DNA of 64,000 nucleotides from a bacterium (GTDB taxonomy: Bacteria > Zhuqueibacterota > Zhuqueibacteria > Residuimicrobiales > Residuimicrobiaceae). A program made the position numbers and the translations under genes. The stretch covers positions 19,915 to 83,914 of the forward strand of contig JAKPUX010000092.1 of assembly GCA_029554865.1 (NCBI GenBank). The letters run 5' to 3'. Positions 20,151-29,400 of this stretch are shown here, one piece after another (position 1 is the stretch's first letter; each line of letters opens with the position of its first letter). Under the pieces are notes generated by a model, which saw nothing but the letters and a program-made list of their open reading frames with translations, was not told the origin of the DNA and ran no database searches.

Positions 20151-21158
20151 TTACTCCCCCTCTTTGATATACTCGTCATACCTGTCGTGGTAAAAAGCAA
20201 CGGTCCTGGCTACGCCTGCGGCCAGATCCACCACCGGCCTCCAGCCGGTCGCCGCGGTCATCTTGTCGCAGGAAACGACGAACTTGCGGATATCAATGCT
20301 CTCGCGCTCCGGCGGAAAAGGGATGTGCACATACTCCCCCTTGCCGACCGCGGCGATGACGCTCTTGACCATGTCCAGAAAAAGGGTCTCCACTCCCGAA
20401 CCGATCATGTAGATCTGGCGGTCGGTCTCGGGCACCAGCGCAGCGCGGACAAAGGCGTCGACCACATCCCCGACATAGACATAATCCCGGGTCTGCAGGC
20501 CGTCCCCGTAGACCGTGATCGGACGCCCCTGCATGGCATTGCGGATGAACCAGTTGAGGATGCCGTAATAGCCGTGCTGCATCTGGCAGCGGGGGCCGTA
20601 GACATTGTTGAGGCGCAGGGAGACGGCTGCAAAGCCGTAAATCTTGCCGTAGAGAAAGAGATACTTCTCCGCGGCCAGCTTGTTGATGCCGTAAACGTCA
20701 GTCGGATGGTCCGGATGGTTTTCATCCACCGGCAGATAGACGGGCTCGCCGATCTGGCCCCGGCTGCCGGCGTAGACGACCTTGGCGGCCGGATTGGCCT
20801 CCGCCACCGCGCGGCAGAGCGCGATGGTGCCGTTGCAGTTGATATCGACATCGAGGCCGGGATCGGCCATCGAGATCTCGCGGCCGACCTGCGCGGCGAG
20901 ATGAAAGATGTAATCCTTCCCCTCCACCATCTTCTCAAGCAGCTCCCGGTCGCGGACGTCGCCCTTGACGAAGAGAAGCTCTTCATGGATCTCCGTGATG
21001 TTGGCGGGATTCCAGCCATAGGGTTCGAGGCAGGCATCGAGCAGGGTTACCTCAACCCCCTCGTGCACCAGGCGCTGGGCCAGGTTGCTGCCGATAAAGC
21101 CGAGGCCGCCGGTGATCAGGGCTTTTTTGCCGGCCAGTTGTGAAAAATCAACCTTCAT
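20151..21158 (-). CDS. NAD-dependent epimerase/dehydratase (UXS-like SDR), paralog of 16164..17183
   Basis: 335 aa. ITGGLGFIGSNLAQRL ... NNVYGPR. It shares clear similarity over its full length with the other UXS-like gene. Confidence 0.8.
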   Translation of the reverse strand: MKVDFSQLAGKKALITGGLGFIGSNLAQRLVHEGVEVTLLDACLEPYGWNPANITEIHEELLFVKGDVRDRELLEKMVEGKDYIFHLAAQVGREISMADPGLDVDINCNGTIALCRAVAEANPAAKVVYAGSRGQIGEPVYLPVDENHPDHPTDVYGINKLAAEKYLFLYGKIYGFAAVSLRLNNVYGPRCQMQHGYYGILNWFIRNAMQGRPITVYGDGLQTRDYVYVGDVVDAFVRAALVPETDRQIYMIGSGVETLFLDMVKSVIAAVGKGEYVHIPFPPERESIDIRKFVVSCDKMTAATGWRPVVDLAAGVARTVAFYHDRYDEYIKEGE

Positions 21159-22218
21159 GTGCAGTCATTTCCTCGATGATCGCCGCAAACTCTTCACCGA
21201 GCCGCGGCATGGTGCAGTGATTCTGAAAAACCCGGTGCCCCTCCATGCCGAGGCGTTCTCTCAGCGCCGGATCGGCCCGGAGGGTGAGAATGGCTTCAGC
21301 CAGGGCGTGGGGATCCGCTCGCTCGATCAGCCAGGCGCTCTCCCCGTGCGTGAGCAGCTCCTGCACCGGTTCGTTCCGCGCCGTCACCAGGGGCCGGCCC
21401 ATGGCGATCGCCTCGACCACCTTGTTGGTCGTCACCCGCAGCACCCGATCGTTGTCGCCGAAGATGCCGAGATAGAGGTCCGCGCGGGCCATCATCTGCG
21501 CCAGTTCGGCGTAGGGGACGGTATCATAAAATCGCACATTATCCAGGCCAAGCTCCCTGGCCAGAGCCCGGTCCTGATCGTAAGTGATGCCTTTGCCGAC
21601 GATCTGGAAAATAATATCGCGCTCCTCCCGCAGCAGATGTGCAGCCCGGAGAATGTATTTGATGCCGTGAAAAGGAGCGTACTCGCCATGAAAATGGACG
21701 AGAAAGCGCCCCTCCTCCCTCTGCGCCGGCAGCGGAAAAATCTGGGTCTCATCCACCGCCAGGAAGATGCGCCGCATCTTGCCGGCAGGGACCTTGAATA
21801 CCTCGCAAAACCAGTCGATGTGCGCCCGGGTCTCCAGCACAGTCAGGTCCGCCAGCTTGTAGGTGAACCAGTCGCTGAAGCCGTAGAGCCGCGCCATCAG
21901 CGACCCCGGTTTGGCCTTGCCCCGGTCGTAGACCATGGTATCCAGGGTGGTGATATACATGTCGAAGAGCAGCGGCTTGCGCGTGAAGAGCCGGATGAAG
22001 GGCAGAATGATCTGGCCGTAAAAGCCGACCAGGACCAGGTCGCAGCTGCGCGCGGCGCGGACCGCCCGCCAGATCAGCCCAGGATAGTGTTTGAAAGAAC
22101 GGTCCGGCGGGAAGCAGCCGACCACCTCATAGCCCTGCGCCAGGAGGGCATGATAAACAATATGGGTGCGGGAATAGGAGAGCTCCCGTCCTGCCACAAA
22201 AAGGATACGCTTCTTCAC
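21148..22218 (-). CDS. Glycosyltransferase (GT4/GT1-like, GT-B fold)
   Basis: 356 aa. C-terminal GT-B motifs are present. The N-terminal domain is divergent. Confidence 0.65.
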   Translation of the reverse strand: MKKRILFVAGRELSYSRTHIVYHALLAQGYEVVGCFPPDRSFKHYPGLIWRAVRAARSCDLVLVGFYGQIILPFIRLFTRKPLLFDMYITTLDTMVYDRGKAKPGSLMARLYGFSDWFTYKLADLTVLETRAHIDWFCEVFKVPAGKMRRIFLAVDETQIFPLPAQREEGRFLVHFHGEYAPFHGIKYILRAAHLLREERDIIFQIVGKGITYDQDRALARELGLDNVRFYDTVPYAELAQMMARADLYLGIFGDNDRVLRVTTNKVVEAIAMGRPLVTARNEPVQELLTHGESAWLIERADPHALAEAILTLRADPALRERLGMEGHRVFQNHCTMPRLGEEFAAIIEEMTAHEG

Positions 22219-23189
22219 TCGGCCTTGTCCTGCTCCCTGGCCGTCTCTCCCTGCCGGAGCTCGAGCCGGCGCACCCGGTAAAGGGCGCTTTCGATGAGGC
22301 GGCGATTGAAGCCGATGAGGTCCGCCACCAGGCCGATGATGAAGACTTGAAAGCCGATCATCAGCAGGACTGCGGCCAGGATCAGGGACTGGATATGGCC
22401 GGCCCCGCCGGTGGTGATGTAAAAATAGAGAAAACGCAGACCGATGAGAAAGCCCGCCCCGAAGATCGTGCCGCCAATGTAGGAGAACATCTTGAGCGGT
22501 TCGTACATGGTATAGATGCGCGTAATGGTGGCAATCGAACGCTTGATATAGTTCCAGTTGCCCTTGAAGAGGCGCGATTCGCGCAGTTTGCTGTTGGTGC
22601 GCACCGGCACATGGCTGACCGCCAGGTTTTTCTTGCCGGCCTGGATAATGGTCTCGAGGGTATAGGTGAAACGCGAGAGCACATTCATCTGCAGGGCGGC
22701 CTCGCGCGAGAGGGCGCGGAAGCCGCTGGTGGCGTCAGGGATCTCCGTAGCCGAGACCTGGCGCACCACCCAGCTGCCGAGGTTCTGCAGCCGCTTTTTC
22801 ATCCACGAAAAATGGTGGATCTCGTCGGTCTGGCGGTCGCCGATCACCAGCTCGGCCTGGCCGTCGATGATGGGGCGCACCAGGCTCGGAATGTCCGCGC
22901 CATTGTACTGGTTGTCGGCGTCGGTGTTGACGATGATGTCGGCGCCGAGACGCAGCGAAGCGTCGAGCCCGGCCATGAAACCGTTGGCCAGCCCCTTGTT
23001 CTTGGTCATGCGCACGATATGGTGGACGCCCGATCTCCGCGCCACCTCCGTGGTCTCGTCGCTGCTGCCATCGTCGATGATCAGCACCTCGATCTCATCG
23101 ACGCCGGCGATATGGCGCGGCAGATCGGCAAGGGTCAGGGGCAGGGTCTCCGCCTCATTGAAGCAGGGTATTTGAATGATCAGTTTCAC
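22215..23189 (-). CDS. Polyprenyl-phosphate glycosyltransferase, GT2 (DPM1/ArnC/GtrB-like) with two C-terminal TM helices
   Basis: 324 aa. [12 protein letters not shown]...[10 protein letters not shown]...DADNQY (DXD), followed by about 80 aa containing two hydrophobic helices. Confidence 0.85.
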   Translation of the reverse strand: MKLIIQIPCFNEAETLPLTLADLPRHIAGVDEIEVLIIDDGSSDETTEVARRSGVHHIVRMTKNKGLANGFMAGLDASLRLGADIIVNTDADNQYNGADIPSLVRPIIDGQAELVIGDRQTDEIHHFSWMKKRLQNLGSWVVRQVSATEIPDATSGFRALSREAALQMNVLSRFTYTLETIIQAGKKNLAVSHVPVRTNSKLRESRLFKGNWNYIKRSIATITRIYTMYEPLKMFSYIGGTIFGAGFLIGLRFLYFYITTGGAGHIQSLILAAVLLMIGFQVFIIGLVADLIGFNRRLIESALYRVRRLELRQGETAREQDKAE

Positions 23190-23192
23190 GGT

Positions 23193-24170
23193 CTAGTTGA
23201 TGATCTCCTCGATATTGTAATCCTTGATCTCCTTGGCGTGGGTGAAGATGATCATCTCCGCCAGCAGGCCGATGGAGACCATCTGGATGCCGATGATGAA
23301 GAGGATCGACCCGAGCAGCAGCATCGGCTTGCCGGCGATGCCGCCGAAGCCGAGGATCCGGTAGATAAACAGATAGATGTTGATGCCTGCACCGATGAGG
23401 GCGAAAAGCGCGCCGATGAAGCCGAGGAAGTGGAGGGGCTTTTTCGAGTATTTGCTCAGAAAAATGACGCTGACCAGATCGAGGCTGCGGCGGATGTAGT
23501 TTTTCGGATAGACCGACTGGTTGAAACGGCCCGGCAGCTGTTCGACCTTGCCCTCGGCGATGCGGTAGCCCTGGCGCTGCGCCAGCACGGGCAAAAAGGC
23601 ATTGAGGGTGCCGTAGTAGGGGACGTGGTCGAGCACCTCGCGCCGCAGGGCCAGGACCCCGCTGTTGACGTCGTGGAGGTGGAGGCCGGTCATGCGGTTG
23701 GTCAGACCGTTAAAAGTGCGCGAGACGATCCGGTTCAGCCCCGAGTCACGGCGGGGGTAGCGCACCCCGATAACGACATCCTCCCCGGCATCGATCTGCT
23801 TCAGCAGGGCGAGGGCATCGGCGGGTTTGATGCGCACCCGGCAGGTGAAGTAGAGCAGGACCTCTCCTGTGGCGATCTGCACCCCGGCGTCGAGCGCCGA
23901 GGCCTCGCCAAAGGTCGAGCGCAGCCGTGCCGCCTTGACCCCGGTCTCGCTGCGGCTGATGCGGAGCAGCTCCTTCCAGGTGGCGTCGGTGCTGCCGTCA
24001 TCCACATAGATGAGTTCATGAGGCTGCCGCCACTCCGCCAACGCAGCCATGATCTCACGGTGCATGCCGGCGATCTCCCCGGCATTGTTGTAGGTCAGGA
24101 CGATGACCGAAAAGGAGGCCGCTGCCCGTACAGGGGTGAGGGGCTGTTGCAAGTTTTGGGATTCTGTCAT
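23193..24170 (-). CDS. Polyprenyl-phosphate glycosyltransferase, GT2 (GtrB/ArnC-like) with C-terminal TM helices
   Basis: 325 aa with a GT-A domain and two C-terminal TM helices (FLGFIGALFALIGAGINIYLFIY...LLLGSILFIIGIQMVSIGLLAEMI). Confidence 0.8.
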   Translation of the reverse strand: MTESQNLQQPLTPVRAAASFSVIVLTYNNAGEIAGMHREIMAALAEWRQPHELIYVDDGSTDATWKELLRISRSETGVKAARLRSTFGEASALDAGVQIATGEVLLYFTCRVRIKPADALALLKQIDAGEDVVIGVRYPRRDSGLNRIVSRTFNGLTNRMTGLHLHDVNSGVLALRREVLDHVPYYGTLNAFLPVLAQRQGYRIAEGKVEQLPGRFNQSVYPKNYIRRSLDLVSVIFLSKYSKKPLHFLGFIGALFALIGAGINIYLFIYRILGFGGIAGKPMLLLGSILFIIGIQMVSIGLLAEMIIFTHAKEIKDYNIEEIIN

Positions 24171-24229
24171 ATCAGGCCGCTGATAGAATAACGGTTAAAA
24201 ATCTTCACGCCTGCCCGCAGGGGGCCGGT

Positions 24230-25189
24230 TTACTGTTCCGTCTGCAGAAAGGTCTTGCGTGTGCCGGTCTGGACGATCAATTTGCCGATCAGACCGAAGA
24301 AAAAAAGCTGTGCCGCCGCCGCCCAGAAAACCACGGTCAGGGTGACCAGGATATTCATTTCCGCCAGCTCGGCGCCCCTCGCCGCTGCCGCATGCAGGAT
24401 GGCGGCGAGGCTGAGAGAACCGAGCAGGGCGAAAAAGAGGGCGACCGCCGAAAAAAAGACCAGGGGATTGACCAGGTGCTTCATCAGCAGCCGGATGCTG
24501 GTCAGATCCATCACCACCCGGAAGGTGCGGCTGAGATTGTATTTCGAGGTGCCGAAACGGCGCGGGTGGTGGCGCACCGCCAGTTCGGTGATCTCGGCGC
24601 CCTCGATGCGCATCAGGGCCGGGATGAAACGGTGCAGTTCCCCATAAAGAGAGATGCGGCGGAGCATCTCGCCGCGAAAGGCCTTGAGCGAACAGCCGGT
24701 ATCGTGCAGCCGGACGTCGGTGAGAGAGCAGATCAGCTTGTTGGCGATTTTTGACGGCACCTTGCGCAGCACCAGCTTGTCCTTGCGGTTCTTGCGCCAG
24801 CCGCTCACCACATCATAGCCCTCATGCATTTTTTCGAGCAGCTGCGGGATGTCGAGGGGGTCGTTCTGGAGATCGCCGTCCATGGCCACGACGATCTCGC
24901 CGCGTGTGGCGGCAAAGCCGGCGGCCATGGCCGCGGACTGGCCGAAATTGGCGCGGAAGAGGATCACCCGCAGCCGGGGATTGGCCGATGCCAGCCGGCG
25001 CAGTATCTCGCGGGTGCCGTCGCGGCTGCCGTCATCGACCAGGATCACCTCATATGGACGCCCCAGCCCCTCCATCACCGGATGGATAGCCGCCCAGAGC
25101 CGCTCGACGCTCTCCACCTCGTTGTAGATGGGGACGACGACGGAGAGAAAGGGCGTTTCGCTCCCCTCAGCTCGAAGCTTTTCGTTCAT
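24230..25189 (-). CDS. Polyprenyl-phosphate glycosyltransferase, GT2 (ArnC-like) with C-terminal TM helices
   Basis: Start is placed at MNEKLRAEG, which removes the Cys/Arg-rich 47-aa extension in the track. LSVVVPIYNE...ILVDDGSRDGT...DGDLQND, then two C-terminal TM helices. Confidence 0.8.
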   Translation of the reverse strand: MNEKLRAEGSETPFLSVVVPIYNEVESVERLWAAIHPVMEGLGRPYEVILVDDGSRDGTREILRRLASANPRLRVILFRANFGQSAAMAAGFAATRGEIVVAMDGDLQNDPLDIPQLLEKMHEGYDVVSGWRKNRKDKLVLRKVPSKIANKLICSLTDVRLHDTGCSLKAFRGEMLRRISLYGELHRFIPALMRIEGAEITELAVRHHPRRFGTSKYNLSRTFRVVMDLTSIRLLMKHLVNPLVFFSAVALFFALLGSLSLAAILHAAAARGAELAEMNILVTLTVVFWAAAAQLFFFGLIGKLIVQTGTRKTFLQTEQ

Positions 25190-25721
25190 ATCCCCTTCTT
25201 GAATAACTCCAGGCGGACCACAGGCCCCAAAGGAGCCCGAAAACCGCCATCTCAATGCCGATCGTCTGCAGATTGTGCCTGTTGAACAGGCTCGGTAAAA
25301 AGGAGGCCGCATCGCCGCTGCGTTGCACATCGGAGAAGACCCGAACCGGAGCGATGATGTAGCCGTTCCAGAAAGGCCACAGCACCGGGGCGCCGTACGG
25401 GGCGCTGGTATCCTTGGCGAGGAGGTCCAGGGCCAGATGGATCAGGCCGGCGGTGATCAGGAGCGGTGCATGGCGCCCTTTTTGCCCCAACAGCTGGCCG
25501 CCGATCCAGCCGGCGGCCACGACGAAAAAAATGGAATGGGTGGCCTGATGGTGAAAGGCGTTGGCGTTGCCGGCCAGAAGCAGGCCGAAGGCCAGGTCGA
25601 TGTCGGGCAGCAGGGCGAAAAAGAACAGGGCCAGGAGCACGCCGGCCTGCTTCCGCCAGGACCGACTGCCGGCAGCGAAGAGCAGGAGGCCGCTGGCTAT
25701 ATGACCTATTGGTGTCGGCAT
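25167..25721 (-). CDS. Membrane-bound metal-dependent hydrolase (YdjM/DUF457-like)
   Basis: Start is placed at MPTPIGHIASGLLLFAAG. The 100-aa upstream extension in the track is low-complexity noise. Multi-TM with conserved His residues. This is the first gene of the long minus-strand operon. Confidence 0.55.
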   Translation of the reverse strand: MPTPIGHIASGLLLFAAGSRSWRKQAGVLLALFFFALLPDIDLAFGLLLAGNANAFHHQATHSIFFVVAAGWIGGQLLGQKGRHAPLLITAGLIHLALDLLAKDTSAPYGAPVLWPFWNGYIIAPVRVFSDVQRSGDAASFLPSLFNRHNLQTIGIEMAVFGLLWGLWSAWSYSRRGYERKASS

Positions 25722-26042
25722 CTCGTTTTCCGTCGTCCCATCCAACCCGCCCGATCCGTTCCCTTGTTGAAAGCCGTTTGCTGCGGGCATTTTCCTGATC
25801 CCGGCCGTGCACCTTGCCGCGCACAGCCGGCAGCGATGTGTCTTTCTCCAGCTCGGCTGCGCGCCTTTCCGCGCACTATTAGGTAGCAACAAGAGGGCGC
25901 TTTTGCCGAAAGATTTCAGGGTGTGCCGGCGCTCTTCAGGCCGGGATATAAAAAGGCCCTGGCAAGACCCGAGAGAGAGAAAAACCAGGGCAAAGGAGTG
26001 CCATTCCGCGGGCCGCATCCCGGTGCATCCCGAGGAAATATA

Positions 26043-26062
26043 GTAAATAATAAATTATTTAC
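26043..26062. promoter_or_regulatory. 20-bp AT-rich palindrome GTAAATAAT-AA-ATTATTTAC inside an AT-rich island
   Basis: A perfect 9-bp inverted repeat with a 2-bp spacer, read directly. On the minus strand it is embedded in TTTG-N19-TATATTTC, which resembles the Bacteroidota-type sigma-A -33/-7 promoter, about 330 nt upstream of the 22-gene operon. Confidence 0.35.
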
Positions 26063-26198
26063 AAACCTGTTTTTTGCGTTTTTGGCCCGGGGAGGTCCGA
26101 ACAGCCGCCTGTAACCGGCTCTGCATGGTCATGCACCGGCGGCTGTCAAATGAGCAGCCGCCGGCGGCAAATGCGAGAATGCCCCGTTGACTGCGTGC

Positions 26199-26417
26199 TC
26201 AGAGCACAGACATAGCGAACAGAATAAAGGCAATAGTCAGCGCTGCGATGGCGATAACCAGGGATCTGGTCTCGACCGACCGCAGCTCCCTGCGGCTGCG
26301 CTCCTCGAGGATCTGCTCCGCGAGAAGGAAATTATGATGGTTGGGGGGAAACTGGAGCTGAAAGTCAAAGAGCTCCTGATCCTCCTTGCCGGCTAATTGG
26401 TCATAGGTATAGTCCAT
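26199..26417 (-). CDS. Hypothetical small tail-anchored membrane protein (about 72 aa)
   Basis: Begins at the internal Met MDYTYDQLAG... and has a single C-terminal TM helix (LVIAIAALTIAFILFAMSVL). It lies immediately downstream of the large hydrolase gene on the same strand. It may not be coding. Confidence 0.3.
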   Translation of the reverse strand: MDYTYDQLAGKEDQELFDFQLQFPPNHHNFLLAEQILEERSRRELRSVETRSLVIAIAALTIAFILFAMSVL

Positions 26418-26457
26418 CTTCCTGCCTGTTTCTTTCTGCGAGCGGCGCCCCCGGCGC

Positions 26458-29400
26458 CTACCCCGCAAAATCCAATCCTTTGGGTACAGCGGGCGGCGTG
26501 GTATCCGCGACCGTGCCATCCGCCTTTTTCACCAGAACCAGATACATTGAGGTCTTGCTGGTCCCTTCGTTGCCGCCCAGCACCACCTCCCCCGCCGGGA
26601 AATCGCGGCGATAGAGATGCAGCGGCGAATCATCACTGGTGCCGATCTCCGCGCCGGTGTCGCTCCAGCCGTCCAGCCAGGTCGGCCGGGTGCTGGCGCC
26701 GTTGTCGTAGGCGATCATCACTGTCACCGCCATATTGGCCTTGAAGGAGAGCCAGTGGGCGTCGCTGCGCTCCTTGTCGTCGTTTTCGGTCATGATCCAG
26801 GTGAAACCCTGACAGACGGCCGGGATGGTAGTGAGCTTGAAATCGCGGTCGGCATAATAGGCGCTGCCGGCGGCGAGCTGGGCCAGCCGGTAGGTCGCCG
26901 GACTGAGTTCGCTGATCTGCAGGGTCGCCTCGAACTTGTAGTTGAGCGTCTGCGCCGCCATGGTATTGGCGACGCGGGCGCGGTCCTTGATCCCGGCGAC
27001 CTTGATGGTGTAGCTCTGGCCGGGATTGTGGGCCGCCGTGGTCAGGGTCGCCTGCGTCCCCTCGGCCGAGAGCAGCGCCGCGGTGACGGCCACAGCCGGT
27101 GTGATGACATAGTTGCCCGGGGTCTGGGCGGATGCGGCCTCCACCTTTTCGTCAAAGGTGACGCGGAGCTCCGTGCCCGAGACGGTAATCACCTGCGTGA
27201 CTTGAGGCGCCTGGGTGTCCCCGGTCGTGGAAACCGTGAGTTGGGCCGCCGAGCTGCTCTTGTTGCCGGCGTCATCCAGGGCATGGATCGCATAGGTGTG
27301 GGAGGAGGACTCTTCCAGCCCCTGGTCGGTCCAGGTCGTCGCTGTGACGGTGGTTATCGCCGTACCGTCGCGGGTGATGATATAGCTGGCGGCGACATCC
27401 CCGTCGGCGGCCGCTGCCGGAGCACTCCAGGAGAGGGTGATGCTGTACATGGTCCGCGCGGTGCTTTGCAGGGCTTGCGGAGGATTCGGCGCGACCTCAT
27501 CGGAGCTCAGGCCGGCGCCGATGTGGAGAGCCCAATCCCCGCTGAAGGGGGGTGTAAAAGTCTGTTTCGCTCCCCCGCTCACCTTGCCGACGGGCTGGCT
27601 CACCCCGGCGCGGGGATCGAGCCATTCGACCGGCAGCGAGCCGCTGACCTTGCTCAGGTCGATCGTCACCGGACCGCCGCTGCGGTTGTAGGCCAGATAC
27701 TCGGCACCCGGCTTGGCCAGCAGCTGACCGGCGCTGGTCCACTCGGGATGGGGCTCCATCTCGGAGATCGGCAGACGGTCCATCAGCTTGTTGAGGAAGG
27801 TGACCCAGCGCTGCTCCTCCGGCATGGCGGCGGGATCGTAGCCCCCCTTGTCCGGAGCATAGGTGGTGAAAAAACCGCCGGTGTAGTAGCCGCCCGAGGT
27901 GACGATTTCCCAGAGGCCGTGGCGGCTCTCGGCGTTGTCCTCGTCCGGATACATGTAGCGCGGTTCGCCGTTGACCACCGGCTTTTTGTGCACCCGGTCG
28001 CGCTGAATGTCGCGCGAAAAATAGGGGGTCTGCTGCATCACCACATCCATCCAGGCCGACGAGCCAAACTCAGCGCTGCTGGTGCGGCCGGTCGGATGCA
28101 GGGTGATGGGATGATCATAGGGATCATACCTTTTGACCATCTGTCCCCAATCCGCAAACTCGCTGGTCGGGCGGTTATAGTCGTTGGGAATTTCGTTGTA
28201 CTCGCCGCAGAGCACCCAGATCACATTCCGCGAGGAGAGGCGGGCGACCAGGTAGCGAACATATCTCTCCCACTGCTCCGGGCTGAAATTGACATATTCC
28301 TGGGCCCAGCTGAAGAGGATGACCGGAACGATCCCCTTGCTCAGGGCATAATCGATGCGCTTGTCGATCCAGCGGAAATAGCCGGGATTGAGCTGATCGT
28401 AGTCCTTGGCGTCAGTCCCCTCGACGAAACAGGTGCCCCCTTCATTCTTCCAGAAACCGAGGCCGTTGATATAGCTGACCACAATCGACTGCATGGCGGT
28501 GTAGCCCTGCTCGGCGCGCAGGTCGACGATCTCTTTCCAGCGTCCGTCGTAGGGCAGCAGGCTGGTGAAGCCGCGCCAGTTGGTATCGCCCTTCCAGAGC
28601 CAGGGGGTGCCGTCGTCGTGCATGAAAGAGTAGGGCCGCGCCGGATTGGGGCGGATAAAACCGTGCGAGCTACTGGCGGTGCAGGTAAAACTGCCGCTGC
28701 GGTTGAAGGCGGCATTCGAACCGCTGATCTGATAGCTCCACTGCCCGGTTTCGGTGGGGGCCATGCGCACCTTCCAGATATCGTCACCGTCCCAAAAACC
28801 CTCGATCTCGATGGTTTTGGTCGGCCCCTTGAATACCCCCTTGAGGCTGGCGTCGCGGTAGGGGCGGCTGCCGCCGGCACCGGGGGCCTTGATGGTCACC
28901 TCGAAGGGCTCGTAACGGCCGACCGAGACCGGCTGTTCGCCGCGGGTGGTGAAGGAGGCGGTGTAGGGGGCGGTCAGGTTCAGGCCGGATTTATCCCTGG
29001 CCGTGGCCTCGACCCGCACAGTGTAGGTGGTGTTGGGCTGGAGCAGGGCGCTGTGTTCCAGGGCCAGGGCCGAACCGATCCAGCGGAAGGAGCCCGCCAG
29101 GGCCGGAGTGATGCTGAAGGCCGCCTGGGCCGAACCCTCATCCATCGGCTCGCTGAAATGGACCAGGATATCGGCGTCCGGAGCGACTGCGCTGCTGCCG
29201 GCGGCCGGATCCAGCCGCATCACCTGCGGCCTGGTCTCGTCCTTGTGGCGGTAGAACTTGAGATCCGTGAAGGTCAGGTCGTTTGGGGAGGCGTACCCCC
29301 CGCTGCGGCTGTTGAGGCCGGAGCCGAGCCGAAGAGTGTGGTCGGGCGGGGCGTATTCGACCCCGAAACTGGAATAGTCCCAATCCTTGATGAGCACACC

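Noticed and set aside
25738-25742. Apparent 1-2 nt disagreements between my manual base indexing and ORF-track frames (near 25.74 kb and 60.23 kb)
   Set aside because: Most likely these are transcription or reading errors on my side in long GC-rich runs. ORF-track coordinates were treated as authoritative, so hand-derived coordinates (palindromes, hairpins, tRNA ends, revised starts) may be off by ±2 nt.
25722-26018. 100-aa N-terminal extension of the YdjM-like ORF (track ORF 25167-26018)
   Set aside because: The extension is Cys/Arg-rich and non-hydrophobic, unlike the membrane hydrolase that follows. The family N-terminus matches the internal MPTPIGH start. The extension would also run across the predicted promoter.
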